Made by a program: the position numbers and the translations under genes
Assembly: GCA_964400795.1 (NCBI GenBank)
Contig: CAYNWA010000003.1
Coordinates: 89,734-153,733, forward strand
Source: an uncultured Smithella sp.
Lineage (GTDB): Bacteria > Desulfobacterota > Syntrophia > Syntrophales > Smithellaceae
Length of the DNA: 64,000 nt
Direction of reading: 5' to 3'
The notes under the pieces: generated by a model
Seen by the model: the letters and a program-made list of their open reading frames with translations, nothing else
What the model was told of the DNA's origin: nothing
Database searches by the model: none
Shown here: in pieces, positions 17,815-26,128 of the stretch
How the letters are laid out: every line of letters starts with the position of its first letter
Numbering within the stretch: the stretch's first letter is position 1

Positions 17815-19734
17815 ATGAATGAGAACAATGGTGCTGATGATTCACTACGGAAATTTCCCTTTAAATGGTTTGACAAAAAGATAGCTTTTCTGGCTATCGC
17901 ATCCATAGGCGTTGTCTTTGGCGATATAGGGACAAGTCCTCTTTATGCCATCAAAGCATGTTTTTATGGCAAGCATGCCATTACCCCCGACATGATGAAT
18001 ATTCTGGGCGTTCTGTCCCTTATTTTCTGGTCAATGATCATCATTGTGAGTATCAAGTATTTAACGTTCATACTTCGGGCTGATAATCGTGGCGAAGGCG
18101 GAATTTTTGCTTTAGTCAGCCTTTTGAATACATCCGATAAAACGATTTCCCGTTTTATCCAATCCATTCTTTTATTCGCGGGGATTTTGGGAGCAGGTCT
18201 CCTGTATGGTGATGGCGTCATCACGCCGGCCATATCTGTTCTTTCCGCGATTGAAGGCCTGGAGGTTGCGACGACGGCAGCAGCACCGTTTGTATTACCG
18301 TTAACATGTATTATCTTGATTTTGCTTTTTTCACTGCAACGTAAAGGCACGGCTCATATTGGGAAATTGTTTGCTCCAATCATGATGTTATGGTTTTTAT
18401 TCATCGGTGCTTTCGGCTTAATTCAGATATTGAATGAACCCGGCGTTTTACAGGCCTTAAATCCTGTCTATGCCCTGGAGTTTTTTTTGAATAATCAAAC
18501 ACACGGAATTGTTGTACTCGGCTCTGTGGTTCTTTGTATTACCGGTTGTGAAGCATTGTATGCCGATCTGGGACATTTCGGCAGAGATGCAATACGCCTT
18601 TCCTGGTTTTCATTTGTCTTACCCACATTGCTTTGCAATTATTTCGGACAGGGGGCATTGTTGCTTGCTCATCCCGAGATGAACGTCAATCCTTTTTACA
18701 AAATCGTTCCCGAATATTTACTATATCCGATGATCGGACTTTCGACGACGGCGACAGTCATAGCGTCTCAGGCATTGATATCCGGTGCCTTCTCTCTTAC
18801 CCAACAGGCTGTGCAACTGGGTTTTTGTCCCCGTGTCCGGATTATTCATACTTCAAGCGACAGGCAGGGACAAATATACATTCCGTTTGTCAATTATGCA
18901 TTGATGATTGCCTGCATCATGGTTGTTATAGGATTCCAAAAATCGGATGCACTGGCAGGCGCGTACGGCATTGCCGTGACCGGAACCATGATCATTACAT
19001 CTGTTTTGTATTTTCTTGTGTTGACCCATTATAGAAGATGGTCTCTTTGGAAAGCAATTCCGCTCGTGGGAATATTCTTGATGTTTGATGTTGCCTATGT
19101 TGCGGGGAACACCTTTAAGATTGCCGACGGAGGATGGTTCCCTCTCTTTGTTGCGGCTTTTATAGCCATGGCGATGACCACCTGGAAAAAGGGACGGGAG
19201 GAACTGAATAAAAAATTAATCGGGGCAAGATTTCCAATGGAAAATTTTCTTGCCGAATTGCCGAAGAGCCGTATGCTGCGAGTACCCGGAACAGCCATAT
19301 TTATGACCTTGTCTCCTGTGGGAACTCCGCCTACATTGCTACATCATGTGAAACACAACCATGTATTGCATGAAAAAGTTGTGCTTCTTTCCATCATGTC
19401 CAGAGATACACCGACAGTTCCTGCCGGTGAAAGAATTAAGCTGACCGATTTGGGTCAAGGTTTTTATAGGATAGAGGTTTTCTATGGGTTTATGCAAAAA
19501 CCAAATGTACCGCAGATCATGAAAATTGCTGCCCAGTATGGATTAGTGACCGATTCGATGACCACAACGTTTTACCTGGGAAAGGAGACACTTCTGACAA
19601 GTGGAAAATCAAAAATGATGCGGTGGCGCAAATCATTTTTTGCCTTTATGTCCAGAAACGCGGGGAATCCGACTTCTTATTTCGGAATTCCTGCCAATCG
19701 TGTTGTCGAACTGGGCACACAGATAGAATTGTAA
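17815..19734 (+). CDS. kup: KUP/HAK/KT family potassium uptake protein
   Basis: 639 aa. N-terminal GVVFGDIGTSPLY signature, 12-TM core, cytosolic C-domain. GGAGG RBS. Confidence 0.95.
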   Translation: MNENNGADDSLRKFPFKWFDKKIAFLAIASIGVVFGDIGTSPLYAIKACFYGKHAITPDMMNILGVLSLIFWSMIIIVSIKYLTFILRADNRGEGGIFALVSLLNTSDKTISRFIQSILLFAGILGAGLLYGDGVITPAISVLSAIEGLEVATTAAAPFVLPLTCIILILLFSLQRKGTAHIGKLFAPIMMLWFLFIGAFGLIQILNEPGVLQALNPVYALEFFLNNQTHGIVVLGSVVLCITGCEALYADLGHFGRDAIRLSWFSFVLPTLLCNYFGQGALLLAHPEMNVNPFYKIVPEYLLYPMIGLSTTATVIASQALISGAFSLTQQAVQLGFCPRVRIIHTSSDRQGQIYIPFVNYALMIACIMVVIGFQKSDALAGAYGIAVTGTMIITSVLYFLVLTHYRRWSLWKAIPLVGIFLMFDVAYVAGNTFKIADGGWFPLFVAAFIAMAMTTWKKGREELNKKLIGARFPMENFLAELPKSRMLRVPGTAIFMTLSPVGTPPTLLHHVKHNHVLHEKVVLLSIMSRDTPTVPAGERIKLTDLGQGFYRIEVFYGFMQKPNVPQIMKIAAQYGLVTDSMTTTFYLGKETLLTSGKSKMMRWRKSFFAFMSRNAGNPTSYFGIPANRVVELGTQIEL

Positions 19735-19877
19735 TGTAAAGCTCTTTTATTTTCATCAATGGTATAATATTAATGATTTACAAACAGGATAAGATTGTAA
19801 AATTTGGCAATGGAGTACAATTTATTTGCTGCAAAACTTTTTTAAAAATCTATCGGTATTTTAAAACCTGTCTTTTC

Positions 19878-19906
19878 TTGACATTCATCATGTAATTTCT
19901 TATAGA
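19878..19906 (+). promoter_or_regulatory. Sigma-70-type promoter candidate
   Basis: TTGACA, 17-nt spacer, TATAGA, about 70 nt upstream of the ATG at 19977. Confidence 0.45.
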
Positions 19907-19976
19907 TAAATAATACGTAAAACAATATTGTTTTGAGAAGAGAATCACAAACTTGCCTGTATGAGGATTGCAGCGA

Positions 19977-20390
19977 ATGGTGAACTATAAAATCATAATA
20001 TTTTTTTGTCTATTGTTACTTTTTGTTTTTGCCGTCACTTCCAAAACAGTAATATATGCAAATGAAATTCCGGTTAAACAAGAAACAAAAAAGGAGGCAG
20101 ATAAAGAAACAAAACAAGAACTCAAACAACAAAAAAATCCTTATGCCAATGCAAAAATATCTATAAAGATAATACCTTCGATTAATAAAACTTTCGGTTA
20201 TGATATTCTTCTATACGGAAGGCCGTTGGTGCATCAACCCAGTATACCGGGATTGCCGGGCCATGAAGGTTTTACAACCAAGGCAAGAGCGCAGAAAGTT
20301 GCTGCATTTGTAGTGAAGAAAATCAGGAACAACGAGATGCCTCCAACGGTTACAATTGATGATTTGAACAAGATGGGTGTGTTGAAATAA
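19977..20390 (+). CDS. Secreted small protein, DUF4907-like
   Basis: Signal/TM segment plus GYDILLYGRPLVHQPSIPGLPGHEGFTTKARAQKVAAFVVKKI, which resembles DUF4907 as I recall it. Start moved to the ATG at 19977 (GAGGA 8 nt upstream); the track uses an upstream TTG at 19968. Confidence 0.55.
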   Translation: MVNYKIIIFFCLLLLFVFAVTSKTVIYANEIPVKQETKKEADKETKQELKQQKNPYANAKISIKIIPSINKTFGYDILLYGRPLVHQPSIPGLPGHEGFTTKARAQKVAAFVVKKIRNNEMPPTVTIDDLNKMGVLK

Positions 20391-20423
20391 TCTGAAAACT
20401 AACGAGAATATAAAAAAGGGAAA

Positions 20424-21980
20424 TTGTTTATGAAGAAATTTATAATCGTCATCACGGCACTGCTTTTTAATTTTATGAGTTTCAGTGAGCTTTTTGCGGA
20501 CGGTTGGACACAAAAGGCTGATTTCGGTGGATCGGCGAGGTATTGGAGCGTTGGTTTTTCCATCGGAGGGAAGGGTTACATCGGGACAGGATATGATGGG
20601 TCAATATACTATAAAGATTTTTGGGCATATGATCCCTCTACAGATACCTGGACACAAAAAGCCGATTTCAATGGACCGGCGAGATATATGGCCGTTGGTT
20701 TTTCCATCGGAGGGAAAGGTTTTCTTGGGACGGGATCCAACGGTTCAACTTACTATAAAGACTTTTGGGAATACGATCCTGAACTCGATACTTGGACACA
20801 AAAAGCCGATTTCAGTGGACCGGAGAGGCATTTGGCCGTTGGTTTTTCTATCGGAGGGGAGGGGTACATTGGAACGGGAGCCGACAGTTCAACTTACTAT
20901 AAAGACTTTTGGGAATACGATCCTGAACTTAATATCTGGACACAAAAGGCTGATTTCGGTGGCTCGGCAAGAAATGCAGCTGTTGGTTTTTCCATCGGAG
21001 GCAAGGGCTACCTTGGGATGGGAGTCGACGGTTCAACTTACTATAAAGATTTTTGGGAATATGATTCTAGTGCAAATACTTGGACACAAAAAGCCGATTT
21101 CGGGGGGACGAATGGATTTACCGGGTTCTCCTTTGGAGGCAAGGGCTACCTTGGATTAGGATCAGATATTGATTTTTGGGAATATGATCCTGCTTCGAAT
21201 ATGTGGACACAGAAAACTAGTTTTGGAGGAGTAAAAAGGGGTGGTGCCGTCGGTTTTGCCATTGGAGATAAGGGTTACATTGGGATGGGAACCGAAAGTT
21301 CCAATACGTATAAAGACTTTTGGGAGTATGATACTGCTCTCGATACGACAGCCGATCAGTTCATTTTTATTGATCAAACCAACGTGAAAATGGACGAGGA
21401 CATAATATCAAATACGATTACCGTATCGGGAATCCAGACGCCGATTGCCATTTCCGTTACAGGCGGTACGTATTCAATCAATGGCGGCGCTTACACCAGT
21501 GAATCCGGTATGGTAAGCAACGATGACACTGTGACTGTCAAGGTGAAGTCATCTGCCTTGACTCATACAAAAACGGAAGCAACGCTTGTTATTGGCACGA
21601 TAACCGATACCTTTAGCGTCACGACACAATATATTCCTGACGTGGGAGACAGCGATCCCTGCTTCATTGCCACGGCGGCATTTGGATCGCCTTTAGCACG
21701 ACAAGTGGAGATTTTGCGTAAACTCAGAGACGAATACTTGCTGACAAATGATTTTGGACGGACGTTTGTTGCCTGGTATTACCGCCATGGCCCTGTTGCA
21801 GCAAAATTCATAAAAGATAAACCTGTTGCAAAAGCAGCGGTAAGAGCAGCGCTCTATCCTTTAATCGTGTTTTCTTTCCTGATGATATCCGGTTATTTAC
21901 CCATGGTGATGTTTGGGCTTATGCTAATCGTTGTAATATTAAGACGCAAGCCGCAACAAACTCCCGGTTATTATTCTTAA
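20424..21980 (+). CDS. Six-bladed Kelch-like beta-propeller surface protein with a beta-sandwich domain and a C-terminal CFIATAA(F)GS box plus TM anchor
   Basis: 518 aa. Signal peptide, then 6 tandem ~47-aa repeats (WTQKADFGG-AR--AVGFSIGGKGY-GTG-DGSTYYKDFWEYDP). C-terminus CFIATAAFGSPLARQVEILRKLRDEYLL followed by a hydrophobic helix and RRK. Confidence 0.75.
   Translation: MFMKKFIIVITALLFNFMSFSELFADGWTQKADFGGSARYWSVGFSIGGKGYIGTGYDGSIYYKDFWAYDPSTDTWTQKADFNGPARYMAVGFSIGGKGFLGTGSNGSTYYKDFWEYDPELDTWTQKADFSGPERHLAVGFSIGGEGYIGTGADSSTYYKDFWEYDPELNIWTQKADFGGSARNAAVGFSIGGKGYLGMGVDGSTYYKDFWEYDSSANTWTQKADFGGTNGFTGFSFGGKGYLGLGSDIDFWEYDPASNMWTQKTSFGGVKRGGAVGFAIGDKGYIGMGTESSNTYKDFWEYDTALDTTADQFIFIDQTNVKMDEDIISNTITVSGIQTPIAISVTGGTYSINGGAYTSESGMVSNDDTVTVKVKSSALTHTKTEATLVIGTITDTFSVTTQYIPDVGDSDPCFIATAAFGSPLARQVEILRKLRDEYLLTNDFGRTFVAWYYRHGPVAAKFIKDKPVAKAAVRAALYPLIVFSFLMISGYLPMVMFGLMLIVVILRRKPQQTPGYYS
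20503..21350 (+). repeat. Tandem ~141-144-nt intragenic DNA repeats (propeller blades)
   Basis: The string tggacacaaaa(a/g)gc(c/t)gatttc recurs at about 20506, 20650, 20794, 20938, 21082 and 21204. The repeats are similar enough to create a long spurious ORF in a second frame (20485-21159). Confidence 0.8.
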
Positions 21981-21984
21981 ACGA

Positions 21985-22022
21985 AAAAGATCCGATTGAA
22001 AGTGAGGTCAATCGGATCTTTT
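21985..22022. terminator. Bidirectional intrinsic terminator between convergent genes
   Basis: AAAAGATCCGATTGA-aagtgagg-TCAATCGGATCTTTT: a perfect ~11-bp GC-containing stem flanked by an A-run and a T-run. Confidence 0.72.
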
Positions 22023-22071
22023 ATTTGCCATGATATGCATTCAACCGTCTGTTGTCATCAGCCGGAATTAC

Positions 22072-22383
22072 TTATTCGCCTGTAACGACAACATCATAAG
22101 TTCCATATATCCCCAGGATGCTCTTCACTTTCCAATCGACATTGTATATTTTTTTGATGCCCCCGTTCTTCTTTGCCGCAGCGATGCTGCAGTCGCCCAA
22201 TGCAACCAATCCCATAATACTTGTGCACTGCGCTACCCCGATTTTCGCAGAAGAGCCGTTGTTGCTGGTTGCAATCACCGGGAATTTTGCTTCCGTGTAT
22301 AAAGTCCCTATCGGAATTATGGTTGCACAACCTAAAAGCATAAAAATTGTAAACACAGCAATCACGATCCCAAGCTTTTTCAT
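22072..22383 (-). CDS. TRL-like small lipoprotein
   Basis: 103 aa. Lipobox LLGC after the signal peptide. GTLYTEAKFPVIATSNNGSSAKIGVAQCTSIMGLVALGDCSI resembles the TRL family as I recall it. Confidence 0.6.
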   Translation of the reverse strand: MKKLGIVIAVFTIFMLLGCATIIPIGTLYTEAKFPVIATSNNGSSAKIGVAQCTSIMGLVALGDCSIAAAKKNGGIKKIYNVDWKVKSILGIYGTYDVVVTGE

Positions 22384-22550
22384 AAATCCTCCTTATTGAT
22401 GATGGTGTGAAGTTCATGGAAAAATCAAGTTATTAAAATTTAAATAAAAAACGGCCAACATAATAGTATTGTTTTTGAAGAGTATTTTAACATGAAAAAA
22501 CAAAATCAAAAAGCGTGAATGCAAGGAACAAAGGTTTCTTGTGTTTCTTG

Positions 22551-22579
22551 TTGACAGGTTTATTGGCTTTACCTATACT
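22551..22579 (+). promoter_or_regulatory. Sigma-70 promoter for ackA-pduL
   Basis: TTGACA (22551-22556), 17-nt spacer, TATACT (22574-22579). Confidence 0.55.
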
Positions 22580-22665
22580 TTTTACAAGGCATAGATCTAT
22601 AAGAAACTGAAAAAGTCGCTTTCGAGGACTTTGGGTAATTACCAAAACCGTCGGGCAGCATCAGC

Positions 22666-24489
22666 ATGAAAATTCTCGTCATTAACAGTGGTAGTTCATC
22701 GTTAAAATATGAGCTTTTCGATCTCAACACCGAGCAATCGCTCATGAGCGGCGCAGTCTCGCGCATCGGCATGCAAGGGGCCGATCATGCCTGCGTCTGC
22801 GGTGACAAAAAAAAGTTAATGAAAATTGAGACGCCGGATCATCGCGCCGCGCTGGATTTTGTCCTTCAGGCGATAACCGGCATGGAAGGCACGCCGATTA
22901 GGAGCTTGGAGGAAATCGACGCCGTGGCGCATCGCATAGGTCACGGCGGGTCGCTGTATCGCGGTCCCGTGCTCATTGATCAGAACGTAATTGACGAAAT
23001 TCGGCGGCTCATTCCCCTGATGCCGCTGCATCATCCCGCCATGCTGGCCGGTATCGAGGCCTGCCAGAAGGCGCTGCCGGATGTTCCGCATGTGGCTGTT
23101 TTCGACACTTCGTTTCACAGCGCCATTCCGGATGAAGCCGCGATTTACGGCCTGCCGCATGAATTTTTCACCGCCGGCGTAAGGAAATTCGGCTTTCACG
23201 GAAATTCGCATGAATATGTCGCCTCAAAGGCTGCCGAGTATCTGGAAACCCCGATGCGACGGCTTAATCTCATTTCCTGTCATCTCGGTAACGGGGCCAG
23301 CGTCTGCGCCATTCAGCGGGGACATTCCATCGATACGAGCATGGGCTTGAGTCCGCTGGAAGGGCTGATCATGGGCACTCGCGTCGGCGATCTTGATCCG
23401 GGCGTCATTCCCTATCTGATGCGTCAATACCACCTGGGCATCGATGAACTGGACAAAATGTTAAACAATCAGAGCGGCTTGCTGGGCATTTCCGGCGTGA
23501 GTTCCGATATGCGGAAAATTATTGCCGCCGCCGATGCTGATAACGCCCGCGCGCTTCTGGCCATTAAGGCGTTCTGTTACCGCATCAAGAAATACATCGG
23601 GGCGTATCACGGCGTTCTGGGCGGAGCCGACGCGCTGATTTTCACCGGCGGTATCGGAGAGAACAATCGCAGCATCCGTGCCCGCTGTGTGCAGGGGCTG
23701 GAAAAACTGGGGTTTGCCATCGATAACGTCCGCAACGACCGTTGCGAAGTCCATGCGGAAAACCCCGTCTACGATATCAGCGCGCGTTATGCGAATACCC
23801 AGATTCTGGTCATCGCGACGGACGAGGAACTGATGATCGCCAAAGAGTGCGCCCGTGCGCTGGATTATACCAGCTCCATCAAACATCACCTGCTGGCAAC
23901 GGACCGGCGTCCCATCCGCGTTTCGGTCTCCGTGCGCCACGCGCATTTAAGTAAATCGGATGTGGAAGCGCTTTTCGGATCGGGACATGTGCTGACGTCC
24001 AAATCGCCCCTCTACATTGACAGTGAATTTGCCGCCAACGAAACCGTCGACCTCGTCGGGCCCCGCGGCCGGGTCAATAACGTCCGCATCATCGGTCCGG
24101 AACGCCCCAGAACGCAGGTGGAAATATCCCGTACGGAAGAATTTCAGCTCGGCATCGATGCCCCCGTCCGCGAGTCGGGTGATCTGGACGGCACGCCCGG
24201 CATCATTCTGGAAGGGCCCGCGGGACGGATCGAAATTCCCGAAGGTGTCATCTGCGCGATGCGGCACATCCACATGACACCGGAAGATGCCGAAATATAC
24301 GGGGTCAAGGATAAAGATATCGTCATGGTGCGAATCGAAGGCGACCGCGAACTCATTTTCGGCGATGTGCTCGTACGCGTCAAGCCCAATTACAAACTGG
24401 AAATGCATATTGATACGGACGAGGCCAACGCGGCGGAACTGCCGCCGGTATCCGAAGGTTATCTGGTGCGCATCGAGTCGCGAAATTAG
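22666..24489 (+). CDS. ackA: Acetate kinase fused to a PduL-type phosphate acyltransferase
   Basis: 607 aa. Residues 1-~400 are AckA (MKILVINSGSSSLKY, FHGNSHEY, ILVIATDEELMIAKE). Residues ~416-607 are PduL/PTAC-like (IRVSVSVRHAHLS, RHIHMTPEDA, LEMHIDTDEANAA). One continuous frame. Confidence 0.85.
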   Translation: MKILVINSGSSSLKYELFDLNTEQSLMSGAVSRIGMQGADHACVCGDKKKLMKIETPDHRAALDFVLQAITGMEGTPIRSLEEIDAVAHRIGHGGSLYRGPVLIDQNVIDEIRRLIPLMPLHHPAMLAGIEACQKALPDVPHVAVFDTSFHSAIPDEAAIYGLPHEFFTAGVRKFGFHGNSHEYVASKAAEYLETPMRRLNLISCHLGNGASVCAIQRGHSIDTSMGLSPLEGLIMGTRVGDLDPGVIPYLMRQYHLGIDELDKMLNNQSGLLGISGVSSDMRKIIAAADADNARALLAIKAFCYRIKKYIGAYHGVLGGADALIFTGGIGENNRSIRARCVQGLEKLGFAIDNVRNDRCEVHAENPVYDISARYANTQILVIATDEELMIAKECARALDYTSSIKHHLLATDRRPIRVSVSVRHAHLSKSDVEALFGSGHVLTSKSPLYIDSEFAANETVDLVGPRGRVNNVRIIGPERPRTQVEISRTEEFQLGIDAPVRESGDLDGTPGIILEGPAGRIEIPEGVICAMRHIHMTPEDAEIYGVKDKDIVMVRIEGDRELIFGDVLVRVKPNYKLEMHIDTDEANAAELPPVSEGYLVRIESRN

Positions 24490-24576
24490 ACGGGAATGTT
24501 CTCCCCAAGAGGACAGGCGTATTGGATAGCAGCGCGATTCCTTGTTTGCCAGGGTGTTCAATTTATGATAAACATT

Positions 24577-24606
24577 AAAAGCTCTCCCTGAAAAGAGAGC
24601 TTTTTT
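24577..24606 (+). terminator. Intrinsic terminator after ackA-pduL
   Basis: AAAAGCTCTC-cctgaaaa-GAGAGCTTTTTT: stem plus T-run. Confidence 0.75.
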
Positions 24607-24794
24607 AATGAGACCCAAATTTCAGAAACGAAGTGCACTGAAATTTGATGGTCGAATTATCCCTGAGGCGAAGCCGAATGGGATAAATATGGGTATAATT
24701 TACCGCCCCTTGGGGCGCAAGTTCCTTTGGATACCCCGCTGCTTGCGGCGGGGTTGGTTAATTCAAAATTTTTGCAGCAACGCAATCGGCATTC

Positions 24795-26114
24795 ATGACC
24801 AAAAAAAAACTGAAAATCATGTTGATCAATCCGCCCAACTGCGGCAGGAGCATCCCTGAAGAAGAATACGGCATCACATCGCTGAAACAGATTTTTAAGG
24901 GAGAACCTTTCAGTCTGGAGGTGCTGGCCGGTCCGCTGATCGAGCATGACGTGACGATTATGGATTTGAAATGCGAACCGGACGACGCCCTCTGGAGAAC
25001 ATTTGACGATTTCCAGCCCGATGTGGTCGGCTTAACGGCTCTCACCTGCGAAGCCAATACAGTCATCGGCATTGCCCGCAGAGTAAAAGAACAAAACAAT
25101 GCCGTCGTCGTCATCGGCGGAAATCACGCCACCTACAATCCGGAATATTTTAACCGCGCCGAATTCGATTACATTGCTGTCGGGCTGGCCAAGAAGAGTT
25201 TCAGCGAACTGATCGATAATCTAGGCCGCGGCCGCGTGGGAACGGACATAGCCGGCATTGCCAGAACCGCGCCCGGCGAGCCGCTGACCTACACAAAACG
25301 ATCTTTCGATGAAAAGGATTTAATGGATGACATCCCGCCCCGTTACGATTTGGTTGCCCAATACAGAGACCGGTATTTTCTGGAACATCTTGGCCTGACG
25401 ATGGGTTTTGTCATCACCGCTTACGGCTGCACGCACCGGTGTTCTTTCTGCAGCATTCCGGAAATGACGGGCGGGAGGTATTTGAACCACTCCGCGGAGG
25501 CCGTCCTTCGGGATGTTCAATTGCTGGGCGATATTCCCTTTATCAGAATGGTGGACGCCAACACGTTTGGCAATCTGTCTTTATCGCTTGACCTTTACGC
25601 AAAAATCATGCAATCCGGCATCCGGAAAAAGTTTTTTGCCGATGTCCGGGCCGACACGATTGTGAAAAATCCGGATCTGATGAAAAAATGGAAAGAGGCC
25701 GGACTTTACGCAGTGGTGGTCGGTTTTGAGGATTTTCAGGACGCGCGCCTTGACGGATATAACAAGAAATATCAGGGACGCGTTATCCATGAGGCCATTG
25801 AGATCCTGCATGACCTGGGCATCATCATGGTCGGCGATTTCATTGCTTCGCCTGATTATGACGAGAGCGATTTTGAAAAACTGGAGACGTTTATTGTCGC
25901 CAATAAAATTCAGATTCCGGTGATTTCGGTTTTAACGCCCATTCCCGGCACGCCGCTTTATGAAGAAATGAAAAAGAATATTGTCATCGACGATCTGGAT
26001 TACTATACGTTTACGAACGCTGTAACGAAAACAAAAATACCGGAAGACCGGTTTTACAAAACATTTGCCGATATGGTAAAAAGACTGCACCGTAAGCCTC
26101 ATCAAACAGATTAA
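24795..26114 (+). CDS. B12-binding-domain radical SAM protein (class B)
   Basis: 439 aa. N-terminal cobalamin-binding-like Rossmann region (VVGLTALT, VVVIGGNHAT) followed by the CxxxCxxC motif (YGCTHRCSFCSIP). Confidence 0.85.
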   Translation: MTKKKLKIMLINPPNCGRSIPEEEYGITSLKQIFKGEPFSLEVLAGPLIEHDVTIMDLKCEPDDALWRTFDDFQPDVVGLTALTCEANTVIGIARRVKEQNNAVVVIGGNHATYNPEYFNRAEFDYIAVGLAKKSFSELIDNLGRGRVGTDIAGIARTAPGEPLTYTKRSFDEKDLMDDIPPRYDLVAQYRDRYFLEHLGLTMGFVITAYGCTHRCSFCSIPEMTGGRYLNHSAEAVLRDVQLLGDIPFIRMVDANTFGNLSLSLDLYAKIMQSGIRKKFFADVRADTIVKNPDLMKKWKEAGLYAVVVGFEDFQDARLDGYNKKYQGRVIHEAIEILHDLGIIMVGDFIASPDYDESDFEKLETFIVANKIQIPVISVLTPIPGTPLYEEMKKNIVIDDLDYYTFTNAVTKTKIPEDRFYKTFADMVKRLHRKPHQTD

Positions 26115-26128
26115 GGGAAAGAATTTAT

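Noticed and set aside
20485-21159. 224-aa ORF in a second frame of the Kelch-like gene, itself internally repetitive.
   Set aside because: It is an artefact of the tandem DNA repeats keeping an alternative frame open. It is on the same strand and sits entirely inside the well-supported propeller gene.
24607-24794. Cobalamin or SAM riboswitch upstream of the B12-radical-SAM gene.
   Set aside because: I found no B12 box (GCCACTG-like) and no SAM-I or SAM-II conserved blocks, only generic GC hairpins. It is reported separately as a low-interest structured leader.
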